The notes: generated by a model from the sequence alone, not told the origin. Positions 25,650 through 38,999 are shown, counted from the stretch's first letter. The stretch: DNA of 64,000 bases from Pristiophorus japonicus (GCF_044704955.1 NC_091999.1:29698001-29762000), one strand, 5' to 3'. Program-made: numbers and translations.

Positions 25650-28600
25650 ATGGTGGAGCTTTGGAGGCGTGGCCTATTCACTTGGAGCTGTGCTGCTGAG
25701 AGAGAAGGAACTCCCTGCTTTGCTCCTGCCTGGGAAGCCTTGACTGAGCCCTGAGAACAGACCAGGAATAGGAGGAGGAAGGAAGGAGCTTCATTACCAT
25801 TTATCCAGAGTGAGAGGAGGAGAGCAGAAGACTGCAACACCATTATTATTCCTACGAAGAGTTCGAGAGAGGGGAAAAAAAAAGAACAACAACTTACCAG
25901 TGTGGAAGGAGGGAAAGACTTCTTCAACCAGAGGTGGGCGTGTTTTGGTGCATTCACAAAAAATACTTTGTTGTATCGGTGGGGGGGAGGAAAGAAGACC
26001 AATCGAGGGCCGGAACATCGCGGGGTGTGTGTGTGTGTGTGTGTTGAAGTGTGTGTGGGGGTCTTGCCTACAGCTAGGCCCACACACCACTGAAGCACCC
26101 CTCCCCCATTGCCTAGCCTGGGATAGCTGGAGCTACCTGGCTGAAGAAAGTCAATCACCCTAAATAACATCGTTGGGAGTGTGTACCTGTGTGGCTCCAG
26201 CTGCCCCAGTTGAAGACATCTTCTCCACCCACCCGAAAACCACCCCAAAGACTGTTTTGTTTGACATCTGGGGAGTGCACCCACCCATCGCTGTGAGGGG
26301 AGACCAGCCCTCGCAGCTTCCCTCTTTCCCACCCCGCCTGGCTCTTTCACTCTTTCTCTGTCTCTCCCCTCTCTCTCTGAGAGCCCTTTCCTCACAAGTG
26401 AACAAAAACAAGAACAATTAAGACAACTGAGCAGAGGGAGCAAGGGCCCTCCCCAATTGCCAACTAGGGGAGAGGAGTGCCTCTTTCAGAGCTTCCTCTG
26501 TTCAAATGCTTAAACGAGGCCATTTAAGACCATTAAGGCCTGTGACTTTGGGGTGGGTGTAGCCCTTAAAGGGACCCCGTGATGGCGACCCCATCCACGC
26601 CGGTGGCAGGGCCAGCGAGGACATATGCGCAGGTGGCAACCGCTTCCACGGCACCTCCTGTGCCTCCTGCTGCCCTGCCACCATTCAGACTTATAGCCAA
26701 GAAGCACGGGGTCAAGAGCTACACTCCCCCCACAATGAGCATTGAGGAGTGCGTGCGGGCGATGGCTGGGGTAGTCGGCCACTCGGCCATTGTCGCAGCC
26801 TCCAAGATGTCTGGGAGTGCCGTGTTCTTCCTGGGGTCGGAGCGGGCGGTGTCCCTGACCATTGAAAAGGGGCTCACGGTGGGCGGGACCTTCCTGCCGG
26901 TGGACCCTCTCGAGGCCACTGCGCAGAGGGTCATCATTTCAAACGTCCCGCCCTTTGTTTCCGCTGAGCTCCTCCTCCCTCACCTACACCAACTGGGGGA
27001 GGTAAGGTCGGGGATCAACCCCATACCGCTCGGCCTCAGGAAGAACAGCCTGCGCCATGTGTTCTTCCGCCATCAGCTCTTTGTCCGGCTGGCGCGGGAG
27101 GAGACGACGGAGGGAAGTTTTAATGTGGTGCACGAGGGGACTGCCTACCGCGTCTTCTGGACGTCGAACCGCGTGCGGTGCCATGCCTGCAGGGAGGTGG
27201 GGCACGTTCGCAAGAACTGCCCCGCTTCCAAAGCCGCCAAACCACCGAGGGTGGCCAAGGCTGGCGCCGCCGCCACCCTCCCCCAAGTAGCGTCCACGTG
27301 CCGGAAGCTGTAGTTGGGCGGGCATCGTCGGAGGCCATTGTTTTCACGGCCTCCGGCGGCGGGGAGGGAGAGCGTCCGACCGGAAAGAAGGCACGGAAGA
27401 AGACGAAAGATCTAGAGGCGGGACCCCTCAGTGCGCCAGACAACCTGTTTACCGCGCTCGGGCCAACCCCGTCACCGGCGAGATGGGGGGTGCCCTGAGC
27501 CCGTGCCCGAGCACTTGACCAGTATCACAGAGGCGCTGGGGCGCGGGCAAGAAAAGAAAAAGAGGGGGGTGGAGCGGGAGGCCTCGGCAGACATGGAGGT
27601 CTCCCTGCCTGCACGCCCTCCCAGGAACAAAAGGAGGCGCCGCACCAATGAGGCGGAGGGGGAACAACATCCCTCCGCGGAGGAGTCGGTGCCCGCCGCG
27701 TGTCCCGCGTCCCCCACCAGCGCCCCCAAATTGCGCTGTAGGCGGGAGGAATCTGTCCCCGGGGAGGGTGAGGCAGTCGAGGCTGCCAGGCCTCTGCCTC
27801 CCGGGGATGGTGTGAATGATCTGCCTGTCGTGGGGGGCGTGGGGCCAGCGGTGGAATGCGTAGCCGCCGGGTCGAGCGTCCCCGGGACTGAGGCAGGCGG
27901 GGCCGAACAGGTCGAACCTGAGCCCGCCCAGCTTTTAATTATCTGCCCCCTAGAGTCGCTCGGCCCAGAAGAAACTGAAAATGGATTAATTTTAACGATT
28001 CTGTACACGCTGGGCCGAGGGGTGGCGGCGGGGAGGGGGAAGAACAACAACCTTCGCCACCAACTTTGGAGCTGGGGTACTTGGAGGACCTGGAACATTA
28101 CTTTGACCAGGTCTCTCCGTGTTCCGCGGTACCTGGGGCGGAGGAGGAACCCCATCCGCTGTCGCTTCCCGACCCAGTACCAATTTTACAAGAGCCTAGT
28201 GGGGACTCCTCTGCCGACGATCCTGGGGGTGGGATCGGGGCAGAGCCGGGGCCAGATGGAGCGGCCGGGCTCTTTGCCGTACCTCGTGCGGTCGAGGGGC
28301 CGGCTGCTGACGGCGACCTCCCGGAGGAGGACGGGGACTCGGTGGAGGACGCGGGTGAAGATCTCGAGTCCATCGCCAGTGAGGCGGTGGATCTCCTCGT
28401 GACCGCCGCTGATTCCCCCCTCATTCCCGTAGAGGAACTCCGGGACTTTTTGGTCCAGAGCCTGGGTCGCCGCAACCGAACCCATCTGGCCCGGGAAAGA
28501 TGATCCGAGCCGGGGCTGCTCATCGCTTCCGTCCGCACCGCCGCTAAAACCATGGCCGCGGGCGGGCCCTTATTAAAGGCGCAAGGCCTTGAGCTGCGCC

Positions 28601-31600
28601 GGCTCAAAAGGTTCCTCGCTGGGCTGCTGAAGGAGTGGAGGTCAACAAACGACTCCATTCCCCCCACCCACAATTGGTTAGGTAGAGGTTGCACTATGCT
28701 CTAGTCATGAAGATAACCATAGCCAGCCTCAACATCAATGGCAGCAGAGAGGCACGCCGTAGATTTAACAATTTTTCGCTCCTGCGGGAGGGGAAATATG
28801 TGGCGTGCTTCCTGCAAGAAACCCACACCGTTCCGGGAGACGAAGCCACGTGGCTCCTGGAATGGCAAGGAGAGGTCCGCATGAGCCACCACACTGCCAC
28901 TTCTAGTGGGGTGGCCATATTGCTGGCCCCGCATTTTCAGCCGGAGATCTTGGGGGTCGAGGAGCCCGTGCCAGGCCGCTTGCTGCACGTAACGGTTCGC
29001 CTGGGGGACGTGCCGCTCCATCTCGTGAACGTGTACGCCCCTCAGCCCGGCCCGCAGCAGACGCGCTTCTTCGAATAGGTGTCCGCTCTTCTTGGCTCCG
29101 TCGACGTCGGCGACTGCATTGTCCTAGGGGGGGATTTTAACTGCACCCTCGAGGCGAGGGACGGCTCCGGTTCCCCGCAGTGCATGACGGCGATGGAGAA
29201 GTTGAGGGACCTGGTCGGGTCCTTCGACTTGGTGGACGTCTGGCGAAATCTCCACCCCGACCCCAGCGCCTTTACTTGGGTGAGGCCTGGAGTTGGATGG
29301 TCTAGAGTCGACCGCCTTTACGTGTCTCGGGCATACGTTTCCTGTGTCCCGGCGGCCTCCATGCGGCCGGTGCCGTGTTCGGACCACCACCTGGTGTGGG
29401 CGGAGCTCACTTCGCTCAGCGCGAGGACGGGGTCCGCATAGTGGCATTTTAACAACCAGCTGCTGGAGGACGTGCAGTTCCAGGACTCGTTCCGTCGTTT
29501 CTGGGCCGACTGGAGAAGGAAGCAGGGCGGGCTTCCCCTCCTTGAGGCTATGGTGGGACGTGGGCAAGGCTCACGTCCGCGTCTTCTATCAAGAGTACGC
29601 GAGGGGTTCCACCAAGAGGCGGGCGGCCAGGGTCGGGCGTCTAGAAAAAGAGGTGCTCGAACTGGAGTCCCGTCTCGGTCAAGTCGTCGGGGACCCGGCC
29701 CTGCGGACGGTGTACAAAGCGAAGGAGGCCCCGCTGAATGACCTGCAGCTCGTCGGGTCACGAGGCGCGTTCGTGAGGTCACGGATCCGGTTCCTGCGGG
29801 ATCTGGACCGCGGCTCCCGCTTCTTCGACTCGCTGGAAAAAAGGCAGAGTGTCCGTAAGCAGCTCTTGACGCTGCTGGCCGACGACGGCTCTCTCGTCTC
29901 GGATCCGGAGGGCGTCAACAACAGGGCCCGTGAATATTACGGGGCCCTGTTCTCTCCGGAGCCGTCCAGTGAGGAAGCGCGTAGAGTTTTGTCGGAGGAC
30001 CTGCCGAAAGTCAGCCCGGAGGGCGCCGAAAATCTGGAAGCTCCGCTAAGCCTGGCGGAGCTGACCGGCGCCCTCGACCGGCTCTCGAGGGGAAAATCCC
30101 CGGGGCTGGACGGGCTGACCGTGGAGTTCCACAGGGCGTTCTGGGACGTCCTGGGGGGCGACTATGCGCGGGTCCTGGGGGAAAGTCTGGCGACCGGGGA
30201 GATGCCCCTCTCTTGGCGCAGGGCAGTCATCGTCCTGCTGCCTAAGAAGGACGATCTCCGCCTCCTTAAGAACTGGCGCACGGTCTCCCTCCTCAGCACG
30301 GACTGCAAAATCTTCGCCAGGGCGATGTCTGCTTGCCTTGGTGCCTAGCTCGACCACATGATCCACCCCGACCAATCCTACACGGTCCCGGGCCGGACAA
30401 TCCATGATAACATCCATCTGGTCCGGGACATCATCCATTATTCACAGGAGGCTGGTCTGCCGGTCGCCTTCCTATCTCTCGACCAAGAGAAGGCGTTCGA
30501 CAGGGTGGATCACGACTATCTGCTCGGAACTCTGCGCGCTTTTGGGTTTGGGACTCATTTCGTCGCCCGGATCCGACTTTTGTACACCGCCGCGGAGAGT
30601 CTGATTAATGTTAATGGGTCCTTGACGGCGCCCCTTCGCTTTGGCAGAGGGTTGCGCCAGGGATGCGCTATGTCCGGCCATTTATATTCCGTCTGCGTGG
30701 AGCCTTTCCTGCGCCTCCTGCGGACGACGTTGACGGGACTGGCTCTACAAGGGCCGGGCGTAGAGGTCGTCCTCTCGGCTTACGCCGATGATGTGCTCCT
30801 CACGGTAGAGGATCCCGCTGACCTGCGGAGGATGTGTGAGTGCCAGGAGATTTACTCAGCCGCATCCTCCGCCAGAATCAACTGGGAGAAATGTTCCAGA
30901 CTCCTGGTGGGTCAGTGGCGGGTGGACTCCGTGCCGGAGGAGCTCAGGCCTTTTGCCTGGAGCACGACCCATCTCCTCTATCTGGGAGTCTACCTTAGCC
31001 CCGACGAGGAAGTGTGGGTGGCGAACTGGCAGGAGCTGGTGGCCAAGGTCGCCGCTCGCCTAGGGCGCTGGACAGGACTGCTCCGAGTGCTGTCCTGCAG
31101 GGGTCGAGCGCTATTCATAAACCAGCTTGTGGCCGCCATGTTGTGGTACCGGCTGGTCACTTTGACCCCTCCAACTGACTTTGTCGCCAAGATACAGAAG
31201 AAGCTGGTGGACTTCTTCTGGAACAACAGGAAGCACTGGGTCTCTGCCGCGGTCTTGAGTCTCCCGCTTGGGGAGGGCGGTCAGTCGTTGGTGTGCGTCA
31301 GCGCCCAGCTTGCAACTTTCCATCTTCAGACCCTGCAGAGATACCTTTACGTCGAGCCCCCTTCTAGGTGGCGTGCTCTGGCGATGTATTTCTTCCGCCA
31401 GCAGCACGGACCCAACTACGACACGCAGCTCCTGTTTGTGTGTGTGGGGGGCGTCAGTACCGCCTTCCGGGAGCTGCCTGTCTTTTACAAGGAACTCATC
31501 AGGGTCTGGAACAAAGTCTACACCAAGCGGAGCTCTCCACCGGCTGGAATGGCGGCCGTCCTGCAGAAGCCGCTGCTCGGGAATCCGTACCTCCACGACC

Positions 31601-32786
31601 GAGGTTTTAGGTGGCGGTCGGATGAGAGGGCTTTGGCTGGTGAGGTGACCAGGGTCAGGGACCTGCTCGATGGCGGAGGAGCGGCTTGGATGGCGCCAGA
31701 CACGCTGGCGCGGCGCCTAAATTCCGCCAACGTCCGCCGCGCGGCTGATGCCATCGAGTCGCTAAAAACAGCTCTGGACCCCGACTCCATTAGGTGCATC
31801 GAGGAGGCTCAAGCATGCGGGGAGATCCCATCCGAACTGACCCCCGTCCGGACGGAATTCCTCATCGGCGCCAAACCCCGGAACCTCCCTCGGGGGCCGG
31901 CGCCTCACAACTTGAGCCGCCTCGGGGAAATCCCCTCCGTGCCTTTCAGTTCTGCGCGGAGGGGTTTCCTGTTCGGGCAGCTCCTACACACTCTCAACTT
32001 TGCCATCCTTGCCTGCCGTCTGGACACGCCATGGCGTACCATCTTGCCATCCAGAGGAGGCGGGGGACCCCGATGGAGGGCACTCTACGCAGGGGTCCTC
32101 CCACTATTTGCCGGGGACTTGGCCTGGAGGGTGATGCACGGAGCAGTGCCGTGCAATAAATTTTTAAGCCGGTTCATGGGCTCCCAGGCCGCCTGCAATT
32201 TCTGCGGTCTGGAAGAGTCCGTGTTCCATGTTTTTATTGAGTGCACGAGGTTGCAGCCCCTGTTTTGTTATTTAAAGGGGCTGCTCCTGAAATTCTGGCT
32301 GGACTTCAGTCCCACACTCCTGATCTTCGTGCACCCTGTGCGGAGGGGAGCGGGTAGGTCCGAGGGCCTCCTCGTAGGACTGCTCCTGGGCACGGCCAAG
32401 GGGGCCCTCAGCCGGTCCAGGCAGCAGGCGGTCGAGGGGGTCGTTCAGCCAGACTGCCTGCCTCTCTTCCGCGCATACATCCGGTCAAGGGTGTCCCTGG
32501 AGATGGAGCATGCGGTGTCCACCGGTACGCTCGTGGCCTTCCGCAAGAGGTGGGCACCGGAGGGACTGGAGTGCATCATCACGCCCAGCAACCAAATTTT
32601 AACTTGATTTCATATTTTTAAGTTAATTTGTTTTAATTGCCGGTGCTTTTAGTGTCCCCCACCCCTTTTATAGGGGGCACATGGACAAAAAATATGTTTT
32701 TGTGCCAAAATTAAACCTTGTAAATGTTGGTGTTTCCCCCAGATCGGGGGGCACGGCTTAATGTTTTTTGTTTGCTCCTAAAAGAT
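25650..32786 (+). mobile_element. Tx1-clade element, full-length copy 3 (~7.14 kb, disabled)
   Basis: Colinear with copies 1 and 2. ORF1 26582-~28681 is frameshifted. ORF2 28707-32607 has an open 749-aa RT and C-terminal stretch (YADD, CNFCGLEESVFHVFIEC) but stops in the N-terminal part. Confidence 0.93.
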
Positions 32787-34016
32787 TTTCATGCACAAGG
32801 ACCACCAGGTCCCTCTGCATCGCAGCATGTTATAATTTCTCCCCATTCAAATAATATTCCCTTTTGCTGTTTTTTTCCCTCAAGGTGGATGACCTCACAC
32901 TTTCCGAGATTGTATTCCATCTGCAAAATCTTAGCCCATTCTCTAACCTATCTAAATTTCTTTGCAGCCTCTCTGTGTCCTCTGCACAACCCGTTTTCCC
33001 ACTAATCTTTGTGTCATCTGCAAATTTTGTCACACTATACTCTGTCCCCTCTTCCAGGTCATCTATATATATTGTAAACAGTTGTAGTCCCAGCCCCGAT
33101 CCCTGTGGCACACCACTAACCACCGATTTCCAACCCAAAAAGGACCCATTTATCGCGACTCTCTGCTTTCTGTTAGCCAGCCAATTCTCTATCCATGCTA
33201 ATACTTTTCCTCTGACTCCACGTGTCTTTATCTTCTGCAGTAACCTTTTGTGTGGCACCTAATCGAATGCCTTTTGAAAATCTAAATACAGCACATCCAT
33301 CGGTACACCTGTATCCACCATGCTCGTTATATCCTCAAAGAATTCCAGTAAATTAGTTAAACATGATTTCCCCTTCATGAATCCATGCTGCGTCTGCTTG
33401 ATTGCACTATTCCAATCTAGATATCCCGCTCTTTCTTCCTTAATGATAGTTTCAAGCATTTTCCCCACTACAGATGTTAAACTAACCGGCCTATAGTTAC
33501 CTGCCTTTTGCCTGCCCTCTTTTTTAAACAGAGGTGTTACATTTGCTGCTTTCCAATCCGCTGGTACCTCCCCAGAGTCCAGAGAATTTTGGTGGATTTT
33601 AACGAATGTATCTGCTATAACTTCCGCCATCTCTTTATCCCTGCGATGCATTTCATCAGGACCGGGGGACTTTTCTACCTTGAGTCCCATTAGCCTGTCC
33701 AGCACTACCCCCCTAGTGATAGTGATTGTCTCAAGGTCCTCCCTTCCCACATTCCTTTGACCAGCAATTTCTGGCATGGTTTTTGTGTCTTCCACTGTGA
33801 AGACCGAAGCAAAATAATTGTTTAAGCTCTCAGCAATTTCCACATTTCCCATTATTAAATCCCCCTTCTCATCTTCTAAGGGACCAACATTTACTTTAGT
33901 CACTCTTTTTCGTTTTACATATCGGTAAAAGCTTTTACTATCCGTAATCATGTTTTGCGCAAGTTTACCTTTGTAATCTATCTTTCCTTCCTTTATTGCT
34001 TTCTTAGTCATTCTTG
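32787..34016 (-). mobile_element. Host CR1 LINE, 5' (RT) segment; 5'-truncated
   Basis: Minus-strand ORFs 33259-34020 and 32830-33258: KSPGPD, ANVTPLFKK, NYRPVSLTSVVGK, LDFQKAFD, SGVPQGS, FADDTK, continuing into QRDLVVLVHE at the array junction. Confidence 0.93.
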
Positions 34017-34067
34017 TCAATGAGAATGTCTCGATTGCATTTCAGTTCTTAAATAAAAAACAATAAA
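34012..34067 (+). pseudogene. IGHM: Displaced end of the IgM secretory tailpiece (S-C-Q-stop) with poly(A) signals
   Basis: TCT TGT CAA TGA (34012-34023) lies right at the CR1 5' end and completes ...LMDTF(N)SCQ*; the shark mu tail as recalled is LMDTINSCQ. AATAAA at 34052 and 34062. Confidence 0.85.
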
Positions 34068-34979
34068 GGGCTTTTCTTCCATCGTGAGTTAAACACACAG
34101 CCACTCAATTAATTATGATTCCTATTTTGGCCAATGTGAGGGCTGTTTGTCTGAAGTAGGGTGTTTGCGGATCTTGGTCCCAAGGCTTGTACAGCCAGCG
34201 CTCCCAGCTCAGATACAGCATGAGTTAGAAACTGGGTGGAGTTCTCTCATTACAGGATTCCTGAAGGTAACTTCAGCTGAGAGGGAGTAAAGGGTAATTT
34301 TAACTCACTGTACCTCTCACACGCACCAGCGAGAGGAGAAAGGGAAACGTGTAATTCATGTAACCCCCACTGCCCCTCCCGCAGGGAGATGGGAAGTGAA
34401 CCACGCTCTTTTTAATGCACTAAGTTGCCATCGTACATTCTAACCCATGATCTAAAAATATTAAACTTGCCATATGAGTATTATATTCTGAAATAACTAT
34501 TTATTCCACGTAATATTTTTAAATAGGGTTGGGGGTGCAACAGTCAATGTTAATTGTAAACTAACATGTTGAATTCTAATGGGCCATGTCTAAACTGGTG
34601 ACTGAATCCTCTGCGGGTTTCTCACAGTCGTGTCCCTGATGGTGCTGAAGCCCATCGGTTGAATTGTTGCAATCGTTCGGCTGATGTCACATTGCGCCTC
34701 ACACAGAACACATTTACACAGAGCGGAGGAGAATACATGTGAAAGTGAGTTTGTGTGTGTTCACATGTAAGTGTTTTGATGATTTTGTATAAGTTTGTGT
34801 TTTTGTGTAAGTGCACAATTACACATGAGCACACAAAGATTACATATAAAGACATATTAACAACCTGAAACATAATATTATACATGACTAGAATATAATG
34901 AAAACCATCATTGTCAAATCCAGTTATTGGTACTCTCTGAAACTTTGAACAAAACAATAATACACGTCAATCGAAACGT

Positions 34980-35720
34980 ACACTAACACAACGGAAACTT
35001 ATACACACTTACACAAGCATAGACACACATATCAATCCAGACACGCATACACAAAACACACTTACACACATTTACACATATATCAACACATACATCAATC
35101 TACACACACATTTACACAAAGCACACACACACTTACACGCACATAAACACACACATCAATCCACACACACACACTTACACAAAACACATTTATACACACT
35201 TACACACACATAAACACACACATCTACCCACACACACACTTGCAAAAACACACTTACACACACATCAATCCACACACACACTTACACAAAACACAAAAAC
35301 AGACTTACACACAGATAAATACACACGTCAATCCACACACAGACTTGCACAAAACACACACACACTCGTAAACAAATGCATCAAATCAAATACAGATTTA
35401 CACAAAACACACACACGCTTACATGCAAACACACTATTGCACTTATACACACACAACAAAACACACACTTACACGAAACATACACACACAAACACTCACC
35501 AAACATGAACAACATTGAGACATAACCATACACTTACAGGAAAACACATACCTCAACACAATTACACAAGCATGGACATGCCTATAAATCCAAACACAAA
35601 CTAACACAAAACACACACACACACACACTTACATGTGAACACAATGTTACACGAAAACTCACACACACTTACACCTCAACATAAACAAACATTTCGACAT
35701 AACCACATATATACATTTAC
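34980..35720. repeat. CA-rich low-complexity / degenerate minisatellite
   Basis: Interrupted (CA)n with recurring ACTTACAC and ATCAATCC motifs. Confidence 0.85.
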
Positions 35721-35774
35721 AAACATGAACAAAGCATAATTTTAAAATTGAGTCATTAATATTTTATCCATTTT

Positions 35775-37148
35775 TGTAACTGCTGATAAAGCTTCATTTA
35801 GAAATAGAAAGATCAAGGCCAAAATTATTAATCAATAACATAAAGGTGTACATTGCGTACCAGTTCTTGTCATATTTTTGTAAAGCCAAGCTCAGTAATG
35901 AATTCTGTGTGACCATGGTCTGTATAATTGTTCTCAGAGAAGTGATTCCTGCCACAGAGAGGGAGGGAGATAGAGATAACATAGAAAGTCAAAGGCAGTA
36001 GATAATATGACCTACTGTAAGGCTACAACAGCTGTAAATTTTCACAGCTTTTGAATGGGAGAAAAATGGTATAAAGTAACAGCTCTTCTACTCAGAAGGC
36101 AGTGCGAATCAAGCGAACAGGAGATAAGGAGTCGGCACCACGGTCAGCTCGAGAGGACGCTATCGAGAATTGGACTGTGACTATAATTTGTTAAGTATTA
36201 CTTTTTGTAACAGAATGTAATTTACTTGATAAAACACTGTTTTTACTCACTATACCTGTATTAAAAGTATTTGGTATGATCTGAACAAGAGTCTCCCAGT
36301 TTGAATTAAGTATATACCCTGGAAATAGCTGAATTGCAATAGTTAGCAAAGCGGCAAAAAAGCTGCTCATTGGTTAAAAACTACATCTGGCGACCACGAA
36401 GGAACAAAACAAAGAGATATTGAACAAAATGCAATATACTCAATAATCAAGTTAATTGGGAACTCTTGTAATTTTTTCTGTCCATTTGAAAACAAGTTCT
36501 TGTGTGTCACCAGCAGATGCAAGGCAGATCAAATCTTGTGTAAGGTTGATTTACGTCAACTGCTAGTGACTGTTATCTTCATTAAGGAAGCTTACTTAAA
36601 AATAATTAATTTTCAGATGCCGGAGGAGTGTCTCTTGGAAGAGTAATCCGAAAAAGTTAGAAAAAAGATGTGACGAAACGCAAGTGCAGACACTGTTGCT
36701 AGATTGCCTAGGGAAGAATCCGAATGTATCCCTGAAGGATACGGTCACTTTTATTGATGAACAGATTAAAGCTAAGAAATGGAAGCTGGGTAAGGCGATG
36801 AGTCTAGTCACCTGTGCAGCTTCGTACTTCGCAGGACGTCAATCAAAGGTCAAGAAAAATTAGAGGATAAAATATCAGAACTGGAAAAAAAAATTCGGCT
36901 AAGAATGAAGAATTGCAGAAAATAGATTCAGACATTAAACAGAAAATTTTGAATTTGCAGAGTCAATTTGCCTCAGCTACTGCAGTAATGCAACAGCAGA
37001 GTATCAATGCAATTCATGTAGGGGCTGCAATGTAAACAATTAGGAAATCTTGAGATTTAAAAAGAAGATCTAAGCAGAGAGTATAAACGTCTCACCAAAC
37101 AATTAGAGGACTCATGGGGAACAATGATGGAGGCTTTGCATCGACCCC
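35775..37148 (+). mobile_element. ERV-like element A: putative 5' LTR (~35775-36385), PBS and truncated internal region
   Basis: ...ACTACA is followed by TGGCGACCACGAAGGAAC (36388-36405), 17/18 to a recalled tRNA-Arg(TCG) PBS. TATAAA near 36070; downstream coiled-coil-like remnants. The LTR start is uncertain. Confidence 0.6.
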
Positions 37149-38999
37149 TTCAAGGGATAAATTATAAGGTTGCAAATAGGAGCTCAGAATTACGATGAAG
37201 GTCTTGAACTTATAATTGCTATGTAGGTAACACTTGCTTATATCGGTACAGTGCAAATGTATAACGCATTGAACTGAATCCGTAACCTCTGTAATAGTTA
37301 AACAGCCGGTCAGCAGTTTTTTTACGTCCCTGAGGAAGAGACAAATAAGCAAGTGCAGCCACTCTAACCGTCGGATAGACTGGGGTAGAGGGAAACATGG
37401 AACAAAACAATGATGAGAGATGGACTGTTGCATTTACCACTCAGAACCCGTCGGATAAGAGTCGACAAATCAATGTAACTTCGCTGATATCAATAGACCT
37501 ATCGATGATTTTGCAGGAGCATAGCTCCTCTCCAAAACCTGTATAAGTTATGCTTGAAAACTCTTGTATTTCGGAGGTTCCACGACTGAACCTTCCCTTG
37601 CAATTGCTCGTAATAAAAGCCAGTTGATCGTGGGATTTCGTGTGTTCACATCCGTGGTCGTTATACAGTGGGAGAAAGGTGAGGTGTCGATGAACTATAT
37701 CAGTTAGTCCACGTCGAAGAAGAGAAGCCTCCTTTTTAACCCCAACATTTGGCGTCATGAACCGGATGCAGACCTTCCGACCTGGATCACGTGACAGCTA
37801 AATGGGAGTGAGCATGTTTTTACCACATGCAGCTGTAGCATTGACGCGGAAGGAGCTAATTTGTATAAAGGATTAGAAGCGGTCAGCTGTAGGACAACTT
37901 ATAACGAACCACAGATTGCTGAAAACCAAGGGTGGGATAGGTGTATGCCTGAGAAAGAAGGAATGCAACCGCAGGGGGAGTGGGAAATATAAGGTGTATG
38001 TCCTGAAGCATGACGTGGTAATCACACAGTGAAGCTGGTATTGATCGTGTGCGGTGCAAACAAGAAGGAATACAACCTAAACTGTGGGATGGGACCCCAG
38101 GATCCTAGGAAAACTGGCCAGTGGGATAAAATGCTCGCTGAGATAAATGGAAAATTAATAAAAGAAAAGATAAATGTTGGATATCAAATTGAATTTACAA
38201 AGGACAGTTTGTTTTTATCAAAAGATAGAAATTTGACCTTGAAAGCTGCAGAGAAACAAAGATGTTGAGCAAAATGGACTGTAGGAAGATCATCAAAATA
38301 CAAAACCTAATTTGAGAAACGAGATTTAAATTGGCTGTGAAAAGGACATTGGTTGAAATATAAAAACTTATGAGTTAAACCCGACAAGGCTTTGTGCCGA
38401 GGAAGAGAAACAAAGATGTTTAACTATGGACTGGAGTAAGGTCATCAAAAAATGATTAAGTTCAAATTCAAAAGGGGGAAAAGATCTAAGTTATGTGAAC
38501 TCAGCACAGAAAGAAAAAACTGGGAATTACAGGATTCTTAAAAAGATGGACCGGCACCGAAGTTTAGATTTTGTGCCGAGAGAAAATAAAACACAAGATT
38601 TACTCAGTGAACGGGACCATAAGAAAACAAAATGCTGGAATGTATATAGCTTGCGTGGAAATTGGATTTCTGTAAACAAAATAGCTATTAAAATGTGTGG
38701 TCTCGCTTTAAATCAATGAAAAACTCGTTGGCACGTATATGAAATGGGTGTGTAGAGAAAATGGAGTTTAATCTAAAATGTTGCCTTTCCCGCTGAGAAA
38801 GTTTTATTTTGACAACTTTACCAATAATTTCTGCTATTTTAACGGATTCCTAATTTCTTATCAAGTTTTGAAAGCACAAAGACTTGGGGTAATATTTTCA
38901 GATGGATACCCGAAGTCACGTAATGACGCCAGAACTTCTTACAAACCTGTAGTGGAGTTAACCCTTTCCATTGAAAGATATTTTATACTGGACATTATT

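Noticed and set aside
12752-32159. Numerous long antisense and alternate-frame ORFs in the Tx1 copies (for example 19972-21252, minus strand)
   Set aside because: Expected shadow ORFs of GC-rich coding sequence; their ends are not conserved among the three copies.
11219-32804. Reading the array as an LTR retrotransposon because of its terminal direct repeats
   Set aside because: No TG...CA ends, PBS, protease or integrase. ORF2 is APE-RT-zf of the Tx1/L1 type.
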